This document shows positions 38,599 to 48,507 of a stretch of DNA of 64,000 nt, piece by piece. Numbering within the stretch: the stretch's first letter is position 1; each line of letters begins with the position of its first letter. Location of the stretch: positions 3,365 to 67,364 of the forward strand of contig CAMMDS010000004.1 of assembly GCA_946495655.1 (NCBI GenBank), written 5' to 3'. The notes below the pieces were generated by a model. That model worked only from the letters and a program-made list of their open reading frames with translations, searched no databases and was not told where the DNA came from. The stretch comes from an uncultured Clostridium sp. (GTDB lineage: Bacteria > Bacillota > Clostridia > TANB77 > CAG-508). The position numbers and the translations under genes were made by a program.

Positions 38599-41500
38599 AT
38601 GGCTATTGCAAGTGATAAAACAAAAGAATATTTGCAAATGCTTGAAGAAAAATTTAATATAAATAAATTTTATGAATTTATAAAAGATTTATTAAATTTA
38701 GAGAATGAGAATATAGTAAATGGAAATTGGCAAAAAGCAACAAGTGAACAGTATAAAAATTATATTGATACAACACAATTATTTGCAGAATACGAAGATG
38801 ATAAAAGAAGAAAAATAGGAGTTCTTATTATTAAATTGCAAGATAATAAACATCCTGCAAATGCAAGAACTATGCAAAGAAATTATATAGCACATTTATT
38901 AGATGCCTATAATTTAGATGCTTCTTTATCAGCAATATATAGTAATGCTGACGATACTTGGAGGCTATCTTTTGTAAGGCAAGAAATCGATTTTAGTGAA
39001 GGTAAATTAAAATCAAAATTTACTCCGGCTAAAAGATATTCATACCTATTTGGAAAAGATGAGCCAAATCATACAGCAAAAAAACAATTAGTAGATTTTA
39101 TTGAAAAAAATGATAAAAAATATACTATTGAAGAGATAGAAGAAAAATTTAGTGTAGAAAAAGTTACAAAAGATTTTTTTGAAAATTATAAAGAAAATTA
39201 TTTAAAATTGAAAGAAATTTTGGAAAGTAATGAGGAATTTATTAGTGAATCTAAAAGATGTGATTTTACTTCTGAAGAGTTCACAAAAAAATTAATGGGA
39301 CAAATTGTTTTTATATATTTCTTGCAAAAAAAAGGATGGTTAGGAGTAAAACTGGTTCCACAAGTTATAAATGTAAAAGATTTTGAAGACATTTATAAAA
39401 ATAGTGATGTTATTCAGAAGAAAATATTAGATAAATATTATATAACTTTCAATAATACAAAAAAGATAAAAAAAGAATTATTAGAAAGATATAATGAAAA
39501 CAAACAAGAAATTGAAAATTTATCAGATATATTTGTAAATACAAAATTTGACTGTAAGTGGGGAACAGGAGAAAAAAGATTTATTAGAAAAATATTTGAA
39601 AACTGTGTGAATAGAAACAAAAACTTCTTTGATAATTATTTAGAACCTTTCTTTTACGATGCACTTAATAATAAAAGAAAAAACCAATATTTTAGCCTTT
39701 TTAATTGCAAAATACCATTCTTAAATGGAGGATTATTTGAACCACTAGATAACTATCAGTGGCAAATTGCAAAGTTTAATATAGATAATGAGATTTTTTC
39801 AAATAAAGAAAAAACTGGAATTTTGGATTTCTTTGATAGATATAACTTTACTATGGATGAAGAAGAACCATTAGAAAAAGATGTCGCAGTTGATCCAGAG
39901 ATGTTAGGTAAGATATTTGAAAATTTGTTGGATGTAAAAGATAGAAAATCTAAAGGAGCATTTTATACTCCTAGAGAAATAGTACATTATATGTGTCAAG
40001 AAAGTATTGCTAATTTTTTAGTTAATAAAGTTGGTGTTGATTATAATGAAATAAAAGAATTTATACAATATGGAGAAATGATAAGAGATGTGGATTTAAA
40101 AGAAGCTACTAAAGATTCATATTTAGTAGGAAAAACAATATTTAAGAATATTGTAAAAATAGATAATGCACTTGAACATATTAAAATTGCCGATCCAGCA
40201 GTAGGTTCAGGAGCTTTTCCTTTAGGAATTTTAAACGAAATTGTTAAGTTAAGAGATATATTAACATCATATATGTTGATATATAACAGACTAGGATTAT
40301 TTGGTAAAAAATATTCAGAAGAACAGATAACTAATTATAAAAGAAGTATTTATCAATTAAAGTGGAATACCATAAAAAATAGTATATATGCAGTTGATAT
40401 TGAAAATAGTGCGATTGATATTACAAAACTTAGATTATGGTTATCAATAGTAGTTGATCAAAATGATGATCCTGAGCCATTGCCAAACTTAAATTGCAAA
40501 ATTATGCAAGGTAATTCATTAATTGATGAATATGCAGGGATAAAGCTTATTGATAAAAAATTTATAGATGAGCTAAAAGATAGACAAAATGTTACATTTA
40601 ATAATGGTGGAAAAATTAAAAGTGGAAAGAAAATGATTGAAGTTTCTTCAAATCAAATTCAATTTGGGGATGGTCAAAAGAAAGCTCAAATAGATGACCT
40701 TATAAACTTAAAACTAGAATTATATGGAGAAAATGATCCTGAAAGAAAGAAAATATTACTTGAGAAAATACAAACAGCTAGAAAAGAATTATTGAAACTA
40801 AATTTCATAGGAACAAATAAAGAAAAAGAATTATTTGAAATAGATAAATCACATAATAAACCATATTTTGCTTGGAGATTAGAGTTTATAGAAGTATTTA
40901 TTGAAAATGATGGTTTTGATATAATAATAGGTAATCCTCCTTATATTGGACAAAAAGGTCATAAAGAATTATTTGAACAAATGAGTAATAATGAAAATTT
41001 TGAAAAAAAGATGGATTACTGGTACTTTTTTTTACATAATGCTTATGAGATGACAAATGAGATTGGTATTGTTTCCTATATCACTCCAAATTATTGGATA
41101 ACAGCACAAGGTGGAAAAAAATTAAGAAACAGAATAGTGAATGATTTTTCATTTATTAAATATATTAATTTTAATGAAAATAAAATATTTAGTGCTGGAA
41201 TTCATACAAATGTATTTGTATTAAGTAAAATTATAAAACAAGATAATGAAGTTAGTGTTTGTATTTTTGATAATAATTATGAAAATGATTTCATTAAGCA
41301 TATGAGCAATCAAAATAATTTTAAAATTAAACAAGACATATTATTAAATAAATGGACTAGATTTGTCAATTTTATAGACACATACAATTTAAATCTTTTA
41401 AATAAAATGACTCAAAACTGTGAAAAATTATGTGATAATGAAAGTGAGGGAAAATCAAAGAAGGGAGTTATTACAGGGAAAAAGGTAACAAACGGAATTT

Positions 41501-42315
41501 GTAATCTTAATCAAGGATTAGTAACTGGTAAAGATAGGTTAATTACAGAAGATATTAATAAAGGAGTTTTTATACTATATCCAGAAGAAATATCGGCTTT
41601 AGCTTTGGATGATGATGAAAAAAGATATATCAAACCATTTTATAAAAATTCTGATATAAAACAATACTGGATAGATAAAAAAAGTAATACAAATATATTA
41701 TATGTAAATAATATAAATGACGAAGCTGAACTAAAAAAGCATCATAATATATATCAACACTTATTAAAGTATAAAGATATTTTACTAGAAAGGTCAGTAA
41801 ATGGTGTATTAAAGTCTGCTTTTTCTAAAGGAAAATGGTGGGCATTAACGACAGATAGACCAAATATAAAATTTGACGGAGAAAATATAGTATTTCCTCA
41901 AAGAAGTAAAATAAATAAATTTGCATATTCAAATAATGAATTTTATTCTTCTGCTGATATATATTATATGTCATTAAACAAAGAAGAGTATGATTTAAAA
42001 TATATATTAGCCATATTAAATAGCAAATTGATGTACTTTTGGCTTTATTGGATGGGAAAAAGAAAAGGAGAAGCATTAGAACTATATTTGGAGCCTTTAC
42101 AGTTTGTACCTATAAAAAAAATTAGCAAAGAAGAGCAAATCAGTTTTATTAAAATTGTAAATCAAATTCTTAAAGATAAAAAAAATAAAGAGGTACTCAA
42201 ATCAGAGTTAGATAAAAAGATATATAAATTATATAATTTAAATGAAGAAGAAATAAATTATATAGAAGAATTTTATAATAAAAAAATAAGTAGTGAGGAT
42301 GAAATAAATGAATGA
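38599..42315 (+). CDS. Type IIG/Eco57I-like N6-adenine methyltransferase with a TaqI-like TRD
   Basis: PFLNGGLF, GAFYTPREIV, DPAVGSGAF, IIGNPPY, LAILNSKL. Confidence 0.9.
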   Translation: MAIASDKTKEYLQMLEEKFNINKFYEFIKDLLNLENENIVNGNWQKATSEQYKNYIDTTQLFAEYEDDKRRKIGVLIIKLQDNKHPANARTMQRNYIAHLLDAYNLDASLSAIYSNADDTWRLSFVRQEIDFSEGKLKSKFTPAKRYSYLFGKDEPNHTAKKQLVDFIEKNDKKYTIEEIEEKFSVEKVTKDFFENYKENYLKLKEILESNEEFISESKRCDFTSEEFTKKLMGQIVFIYFLQKKGWLGVKLVPQVINVKDFEDIYKNSDVIQKKILDKYYITFNNTKKIKKELLERYNENKQEIENLSDIFVNTKFDCKWGTGEKRFIRKIFENCVNRNKNFFDNYLEPFFYDALNNKRKNQYFSLFNCKIPFLNGGLFEPLDNYQWQIAKFNIDNEIFSNKEKTGILDFFDRYNFTMDEEEPLEKDVAVDPEMLGKIFENLLDVKDRKSKGAFYTPREIVHYMCQESIANFLVNKVGVDYNEIKEFIQYGEMIRDVDLKEATKDSYLVGKTIFKNIVKIDNALEHIKIADPAVGSGAFPLGILNEIVKLRDILTSYMLIYNRLGLFGKKYSEEQITNYKRSIYQLKWNTIKNSIYAVDIENSAIDITKLRLWLSIVVDQNDDPEPLPNLNCKIMQGNSLIDEYAGIKLIDKKFIDELKDRQNVTFNNGGKIKSGKKMIEVSSNQIQFGDGQKKAQIDDLINLKLELYGENDPERKKILLEKIQTARKELLKLNFIGTNKEKELFEIDKSHNKPYFAWRLEFIEVFIENDGFDIIIGNPPYIGQKGHKELFEQMSNNENFEKKMDYWYFFLHNAYEMTNEIGIVSYITPNYWITAQGGKKLRNRIVNDFSFIKYINFNENKIFSAGIHTNVFVLSKIIKQDNEVSVCIFDNNYENDFIKHMSNQNNFKIKQDILLNKWTRFVNFIDTYNLNLLNKMTQNCEKLCDNESEGKSKKGVITGKKVTNGICNLNQGLVTGKDRLITEDINKGVFILYPEEISALALDDDEKRYIKPFYKNSDIKQYWIDKKSNTNILYVNNINDEAELKKHHNIYQHLLKYKDILLERSVNGVLKSAFSKGKWWALTTDRPNIKFDGENIVFPQRSKINKFAYSNNEFYSSADIYYMSLNKEEYDLKYILAILNSKLMYFWLYWMGKRKGEALELYLEPLQFVPIKKISKEEQISFIKIVNQILKDKKNKEVLKSELDKKIYKLYNLNEEEINYIEEFYNKKISSEDEINE

Positions 42316-42523
42316 AATAAAATATGAAATAATAGAACAACTTGGGGTTTTATCAGAAAGTGAAAAAGGTTGGAGAAAAGAATTAAACTTAATTAGTTGG
42401 AATGGAAGAGAACCTAAATATGATTTAAGAGATTGGTCGGAAAATCACGAAAAGATGGGAAAAGGCATAACATTGACAAAAGATGAGCTAGAAAAATTAA
42501 AAAATATTCTTAATACAAACTAA
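42308..42523 (+). CDS. PC4/YdbC family ssDNA-binding protein
   Basis: GWRKELNLISWNGREPKYDLRDW...MGKGITL; start overlaps the MTase stop. Confidence 0.9.
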   Translation: MNEIKYEIIEQLGVLSESEKGWRKELNLISWNGREPKYDLRDWSENHEKMGKGITLTKDELEKLKNILNTN

Positions 42524-42542
42524 TACAAGAGGAAATAACAAC

Positions 42543-43736
42543 TTGGAAAATTCAAGTATTAAAATAGATATACATAGTCTATATGAAATATTGCAAGATA
42601 ATTTTTCAATAGCCTTTTTGGGAAAAGTTTTAAATAAAATTAATAATATTGAAGCTAAAATTGCAATTCAAGAATTTATTATTGACTTTTCTCCAGTTTT
42701 AATATATGAAGCTTATTTGTTTTTGAAGAGTAATAATCTAATAGAAGAAAATAAATTTTACAAAAGCAAAGAATTAAAAAATAAAGTTGAAGAATATAGA
42801 ATGATTACTGCGAAGAAAAAAGTAAAGGAATCAGACTATATAAAATCAATAACAGAAAAGATGGGGATTATTTTATCTGAAAATGTTTATGATATTAATG
42901 TCATTTCGAGCAATAATCAAGTAAAAGGATTTAATTTTGCAGAATATAAAAAAAGAGAAGAAAAAGAGTTTTTGGAAATGTGTTATTCAACCAATCTTGA
43001 ATTTTCAAAAGTCACATTTAAAGAATTAACTGGCATTTCCGAAATTGATTATAATAATATAATAAATTTGATTATAGAAAATAAAACTGAAGACATAGAA
43101 GAACTTGAAAAAAGCTTAGCAGGTAATAGATATAGTTATAAAAGTTCTAAATTATTTGGAGATACAAATATTCAAGATGATGATAAATTTTTTATTTTAT
43201 ATAGATTTAATACTGTAAACACAATAATAGAATTAAAAAATTTCTTAAATAAAAATAAAATAGTAATAGATACAAATAATGGTCTATCAATTAATATTGA
43301 TAAATTTATTGATAAAATAATAGCTTTAGAAATCGATGTACTCGGTAGAGATATACAATCTTTGAATACGGAATTTATTAAGAACTTAGGCAAAAAATTA
43401 GACGAAAAAATGTTAAATAATAAAAAGACAAAAGCCGGAGAAAACTTTTATCAATTAAACAGGAAATTAAGAAATAATATTCATTATAGTAAAATTGAAG
43501 AACTAGATAAAGACATATATTGTGAGGTAGTAAATTTACAAGAAGAATATTTATACAAAGTACATAATGAAATGGAAAATAATATGCATTTTAGCCTTGA
43601 TGAAGAAGATATTTTAATGAATAAATTTTTTTATTATTGTAATGAAAATAATATTAGTGAAGAAGAAATTATAGAAAATTATAATGATTATTATACTCAA
43701 TATTATTTTAAGAAATATATAGATAGAAAATTATGA
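42543..43736 (+). CDS. Hypothetical protein with a HEPN-like motif
   Basis: Helical protein with NRKLRNNIHY near the C-terminus. Confidence 0.45.
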   Translation: MENSSIKIDIHSLYEILQDNFSIAFLGKVLNKINNIEAKIAIQEFIIDFSPVLIYEAYLFLKSNNLIEENKFYKSKELKNKVEEYRMITAKKKVKESDYIKSITEKMGIILSENVYDINVISSNNQVKGFNFAEYKKREEKEFLEMCYSTNLEFSKVTFKELTGISEIDYNNIINLIIENKTEDIEELEKSLAGNRYSYKSSKLFGDTNIQDDDKFFILYRFNTVNTIIELKNFLNKNKIVIDTNNGLSINIDKFIDKIIALEIDVLGRDIQSLNTEFIKNLGKKLDEKMLNNKKTKAGENFYQLNRKLRNNIHYSKIEELDKDIYCEVVNLQEEYLYKVHNEMENNMHFSLDEEDILMNKFFYYCNENNISEEEIIENYNDYYTQYYFKKYIDRKL

Positions 43737-43984
43737 TGTGGTGTTAAAATAATAGAATATCTAATAATTTAAATATCAATTTTAATGATAATTGAAAAAT
43801 ATACTAAGAACTGTATATATTAATATAAAAGATGAAAATCAGAATGTTAAACTTGCACTGATACTATTTAAATCAATATAAAATATTCAATTATGGAAAA
43901 CTACTACAAGATATTAATAAAAACTTTCTTTTTTAGAAACAATATGATATAATAGTATTATAACTAAAAAGGAGAGTTTTTATT

Positions 43985-44911
43985 ATGTTAGGGAAAAAAA
44001 TAAAAAAATATAGAGATGAAAAAAAATTGACTCAATTAGAGATTGCAGAGGTATTAGGAGTAAAGCCAGCTACAATATCTAAATACGAGGCTGGAACTTT
44101 AGAGCCTAATATTGAATCATTAAAAAAATTAGCTGAATTGTTTGGAGTTTCAGTTGATGAATTATTAAAAGAAGATGAATTTGATGTTTCTAAGATAAAT
44201 GTATTAAAAGTTTTAAGAGAACAAAAAGAAATGAAACTAAGAGGAAATTTGTATCACAATACACAGATAATTTTTGCATATAATACAAACCACATTGAGG
44301 GAAACAAATTAACAGAAGACCAAACAAGATACATTTATGAAACCAATACGTTATTGACAGAAAAAGAATCAATTACAAATTTAGATGATATTATTGAAAC
44401 TGTCAATCATTTTGGATTAGTTGATTATATGCTGGATGTAGCAGATGAAGAGCTAACAGAAGAAATGATTAAAGAATTTCATAAAATATTGAAAGAGGGA
44501 ACATCAGATGGTAGAAAAGACTGGTTTAATGTTGGCAACTATAAAAAGTTAGCAAATGAAGTTGGAAATATGAAAACATCATTACCTAAAAATGTACAAA
44601 AAGACATGGTAAAACTACTGCAATGGTATAATTCATTAGGAAAGATAAAAATAGAAGATATAATAGAATTTCATTATAGATTTGAATGTATTCATCCATT
44701 TCAAGATGGAAATGGTAGAATAGGTAGAATTATAATGTTTAAGGAATGCTTAAAAAATAATATTATTCCATTTATTATATTAGATAAGAATAAATTATTT
44801 TACTATAGAGGGTTAAAAGAATATAAAGATGAAAAAGGTTATTTAATAGATACTTGCTTAAATGCACAAGATCAATATATTGAAATGATTAGATATTATT
44901 TAAAATATTAA
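43985..44911 (+). CDS. XRE-HTH fused to a Fic domain
   Basis: LTQLEIAEVLGVKPATISKYE; inhibitory TNHIEGN; catalytic HPFQDGNGRIGR. Confidence 0.92.
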   Translation: MLGKKIKKYRDEKKLTQLEIAEVLGVKPATISKYEAGTLEPNIESLKKLAELFGVSVDELLKEDEFDVSKINVLKVLREQKEMKLRGNLYHNTQIIFAYNTNHIEGNKLTEDQTRYIYETNTLLTEKESITNLDDIIETVNHFGLVDYMLDVADEELTEEMIKEFHKILKEGTSDGRKDWFNVGNYKKLANEVGNMKTSLPKNVQKDMVKLLQWYNSLGKIKIEDIIEFHYRFECIHPFQDGNGRIGRIIMFKECLKNNIIPFIILDKNKLFYYRGLKEYKDEKGYLIDTCLNAQDQYIEMIRYYLKY

Positions 44912-44931
44912 TTCGAAAGAGAGAAAATAGT

Positions 44932-45279
44932 ATGAAGTATATAATGAAATTAAATCCAAAATATTTTGAATATGTAAAAAACGGAACTAAAAGAGTAGAA
45001 GTTAGACTTAATGATGAAAAAAGAAAAAGTATGAAAGTGGGAGACACAATTATATTTCAAAAAGAACCAGAGTTAAAAGAAGAAATAAACACTCAAATAG
45101 TTAATTTAATAGTAAAGAGAAACTTTAAAGAATTAATTAGAAATCTAGATGTTAGTGAATATTCTGATAAAAGTGAATCAGAAGAAAAATTTTTAAAAGA
45201 TTTGTATATGTTTTACACAAAGAATCAAGAAGAAAAATATGGAGTTGTAGGAATACAAATAAAAATTAAAAAGGGGTAA
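44932..45279 (+). CDS. ASCH domain protein
   Basis: MKLNPKYFEYVKNGTKRVEVRLND...VGDTIIF. Confidence 0.85.
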   Translation: MKYIMKLNPKYFEYVKNGTKRVEVRLNDEKRKSMKVGDTIIFQKEPELKEEINTQIVNLIVKRNFKELIRNLDVSEYSDKSESEEKFLKDLYMFYTKNQEEKYGVVGIQIKIKKG

Positions 45280-45281
45280 AT

Positions 45282-46766
45282 ATGAAGGAAAAAGTATTAT
45301 TAGATACAAATATGATGATATATCTTTTAGACGATCATATATTAGATGAAAAAATCTCAAAATTAACTAAAATATTATATGATTCTGATAAATATATAAT
45401 AGCAATACATCCAAAAACATTTGAAGAAGCAAGGAAAATAAAAGATCAAAATAGAAAAGATATATTTATTTCAAAATTAGAAGTATATAAGATTATAGAT
45501 AATCCACCAAAAGCAACGGAGGAGTTTAACAAATGTGTTGGATGCAAAAATGAAAATGACATCATAGATAATGAAATGTTATATGCTGTAGCAAGAAATT
45601 GTGTTAGTTATTTTGTTACAAATGATAAACATCTTTTAAAAAAAGCAGAGTTAATAAATATAAAAGACAGAGTTTTATCAATTGATGAAGCAATAGAGAA
45701 ATTCAAACAAGAAGAAAAAGTAGTTATTGAAACACCTGTATTTATAAAAAAAGAATTTTTATATAACATGAATTTGAATGACGATTTTTTTACCACATTA
45801 AGATTTGATTATAAAGGTTTCGATAAATGGTTTATTAAAAAGCAAAGAAATGGCGAAATGGCATATGTTACGAAGACAAGAGATAATAAAATTACATCAT
45901 TCCTAATGTTAAAAGAAGAGGATGAAAACGAAGATTATTCAGGCTTTGAGAAACCCTTTAGTCCTGCTAAAAGAATAAAAGTATCTACTTTTAAAGTGGC
46001 TGATACAGGAAAGAAAATAGGAGAATGCTTTATAAAAATAATGGTGAATGAAGCTATACAAAAGAATGTAGATGAAATATATGTAACTACTTTTGAAAAA
46101 CAAGAGTCATTAATATATTTATTAAAGCAATATGGTTTTGAATTATTTACATATAAAAATACTACGAAAAGTGATGATACGGAAGAAAAAGAAGCTATAT
46201 ATGTTAAAAATATGAAAGATAAAAGTCAATACCCATATGTTCAACTAAAGGATCAAAGAATTTTTATTTTTCCCGTTATACCCAAATATCATAAATTGTT
46301 GTTTGAAGATGCTGAAAGAGAATATCAAATAAGCATTGATGATACACAAGGAAAAAATACATCTGCTAATGCAATAAAAAAAGCTTTTATCTCTAATGCC
46401 AATAGAAAAAAGATAAAATCTGGAGATATTATACTGTTTTATGCATCTCATGATAAAAAAGCAATAACTACATTAGGAATAGTAGAAACAACTTGGAATG
46501 AATTCGAATCTCAAGAAGAAATATTTAATATAGTTAGAAAAAGAACAGCTTATGATGAAGAAGAATTAAAGCAAGTTGCACGATTAGATAGTTTAGTTAT
46601 AATGTTTAAGCATTATATTACATTCAAAAATCCAATAACTTATGAGTTTTTGTATAACAATGGAATTGTAAACGGATATATTCAAGCACCAATAAGTATA
46701 GAAAAGGAAGATTTGGAAAAAATAATTGAACAAAGCCAAACACAAAATATGTTTGAAATATGCTAA
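45282..46766 (+). CDS. PIN nuclease - GNAT acetyltransferase - ASCH/EVE-like fusion
   Basis: VLLDTN..D..FVTND (PIN); KVSTFKV..GKKIGE..LLKQYGF (GNAT); IKKAFIS..GDIILFY (PUA-like). Confidence 0.8.
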   Translation: MKEKVLLDTNMMIYLLDDHILDEKISKLTKILYDSDKYIIAIHPKTFEEARKIKDQNRKDIFISKLEVYKIIDNPPKATEEFNKCVGCKNENDIIDNEMLYAVARNCVSYFVTNDKHLLKKAELINIKDRVLSIDEAIEKFKQEEKVVIETPVFIKKEFLYNMNLNDDFFTTLRFDYKGFDKWFIKKQRNGEMAYVTKTRDNKITSFLMLKEEDENEDYSGFEKPFSPAKRIKVSTFKVADTGKKIGECFIKIMVNEAIQKNVDEIYVTTFEKQESLIYLLKQYGFELFTYKNTTKSDDTEEKEAIYVKNMKDKSQYPYVQLKDQRIFIFPVIPKYHKLLFEDAEREYQISIDDTQGKNTSANAIKKAFISNANRKKIKSGDIILFYASHDKKAITTLGIVETTWNEFESQEEIFNIVRKRTAYDEEELKQVARLDSLVIMFKHYITFKNPITYEFLYNNGIVNGYIQAPISIEKEDLEKIIEQSQTQNMFEIC

Positions 46767-46860
46767 AAAATACACTTAAAACAGTGTATTTTTTTTGTGA
46801 AAGTATTTACAAGTTAATAATTATTATATATAATATTAACAAATATGCTTATAAGCATAT

Positions 46861-47244
46861 TTGTTAAAAGGAGAAAAAATGAGTAAGAAATTTGGAGAAT
46901 TGGTGAAGGAATATAGAGGAAAAAGGACTTTAAAAGAACTAGGAGATGAAATAGAAATTACATCAGCTTATCTATTGGATATAGAAAAAGGAAATAGATT
47001 TCCATCTAAGGATAAATTAGATAAATTAATAAAAGTATTTGATTTAAAAAAAGAAGAAAAAAATACGTTCTATGATTTGGTAGCTAAAGAGAGTCCAAAT
47101 AAATATAAAGTTTCAGTCGACATAGCAGAATATATTATGAAAAATGAATATTTAAGAAATTTTATTAGAATAGCTAAGGATAAACAGGTAGATAATAGTT
47201 ATTGGAAAAATAAAATTCAAGAATTAGAAAGTGAGAGTAAATAA
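46861..47244 (+). CDS. XRE-family HTH regulator (likely start 46879)
   Basis: TLKELGDEIEITSAYLLDIEKGNR. Confidence 0.85.
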   Translation: MLKGEKMSKKFGELVKEYRGKRTLKELGDEIEITSAYLLDIEKGNRFPSKDKLDKLIKVFDLKKEEKNTFYDLVAKESPNKYKVSVDIAEYIMKNEYLRNFIRIAKDKQVDNSYWKNKIQELESESK

Positions 47245-47247
47245 GTT

Positions 47248-47616
47248 ATGTGTAATATGTTAATTTCAATAAATCCAGAACATGTAGAAAATATTTTTAA
47301 TGGTAGTAAAAGATATGAATATAGAAAAATAAAATGCAGACAAGATATAGATAAAATAATAATATATTCCACTGCACCAATTATGAAAGTAGTAGGAGAA
47401 GCAAAAATTGAGAAAATTTTAGTAGATTCACCAGATATGATATGGGAGGAAACTAAAAAATATTCGGGAATAGATTTAGAATTTTATCATAAATATTTTA
47501 AAGATAGAACTAAAGCTGTAGCATATAAATTAACAGATATAAAAAAATATAATAAGCCTAAAGAATTATCTAGTTATGGAATTAAGACAGCACCTCAATC
47601 ATTTATTTATGTATAA
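47248..47616 (+). CDS. ASCH domain protein
   Basis: LISINPEHVENIFNGSKRYEYRK, IYSTAP, APQSFIY. Confidence 0.88.
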   Translation: MCNMLISINPEHVENIFNGSKRYEYRKIKCRQDIDKIIIYSTAPIMKVVGEAKIEKILVDSPDMIWEETKKYSGIDLEFYHKYFKDRTKAVAYKLTDIKKYNKPKELSSYGIKTAPQSFIYV

Positions 47617-47729
47617 ATTATAAATAGCAGAATAAAAAATTTGACATTTAAATTTTCAACAATTTGAAAAAAGTACATAAAAATCCAAAGTTTTTTCTAA
47701 ATTTTGAAAAAACTTTGGATTAATTTTAA

Positions 47730-48023
47730 TTATTTATCAATACAACCAATAATTAATTCAACTCCATCACAAAATCCATTTCTATAATACTTCTCATTCC
47801 AATAACAAATATAATCCATAAAATTCTTATCAAGTCTATCTAATTGATTTTTTACATGCTTTTGATTCTGTTTAGGAACATTCTTTAAAATATTTTCAGC
47901 AATCTCATCAAAATAAATATAATGTTTTCTATCTTCATCAGTAAGTCTACCTAAAACAGTTTCCTCTCTAAAACTTAACCAATCTCTTAAAATATCATCA
48001 TTAACTTCTCTATAATTATTCAT
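47730..48023 (-). CDS. Hypothetical protein at the element's right end
   Basis: 97 aa with YYRNGFCDG; GGAGG RBS; bidirectional terminator at 47681-47721. Confidence 0.6.
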   Translation of the reverse strand: MNNYREVNDDILRDWLSFREETVLGRLTDEDRKHYIYFDEIAENILKNVPKQNQKHVKNQLDRLDKNFMDYICYWNEKYYRNGFCDGVELIIGCIDK

Positions 48024-48110
48024 AATATAAATCCTCCAAAAATTAAAATTTTTATTAATAAAATTATCCTTTACAAGAGCCTAAAATACTAGAACAAACG
48101 TACTACACTT

Positions 48111-48133
48111 ATTGGGTAAAAATTGGGTAAAAT
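48111..48133 (+). repeat. Putative integrase arm-type sites (right)
   Basis: ATTGGGTAAAAATTGGGTAAAAT, identical to 27131-27153. Confidence 0.7.
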
Positions 48134-48250
48134 CTTCTCAAAAAATGCCCTAAAAATGCACAAATGTTCTTTAAATAAAAACTCTTGTAAATACTGAAAT
48201 ACCAACAAAAACTCTAATTTTCACAAACTTACAAAAAGTGGTCAGGTCTC

Positions 48251-48290
48251 GCTCATAACCCGAAGGTCATAAATCTGTTTCTTCCCCCCT
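48251..48290 (+). repeat. attR: tRNA-fMet core plus decayed 3' tRNA remnant
   Basis: 18/18 core identity, then 14/22 ungapped identity to tRNA 27009-27030. Confidence 0.85.
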
Positions 48291-48507
48291 ACTTTCCTAT
48301 TTTCAAAAAATATTTGAACATAGCAAATAATTGCTTTTGTAATCAATAGCATATTTCTATAAATTATCTTATCTTTATTTATTAATCCCCTACATATTAC
48401 AAAATAATATATAACTATTGAGATTAATGATAATATATGATATAAAATGTTATAGGAAAATTATATAAAACAAAAAAATATATATAAATATAAACGGAGG
48501 AGTAATT

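Noticed and set aside
35386..42315. DISARM or BREX
   Set aside because: drmA/B/C and brxC/pglZ are absent.
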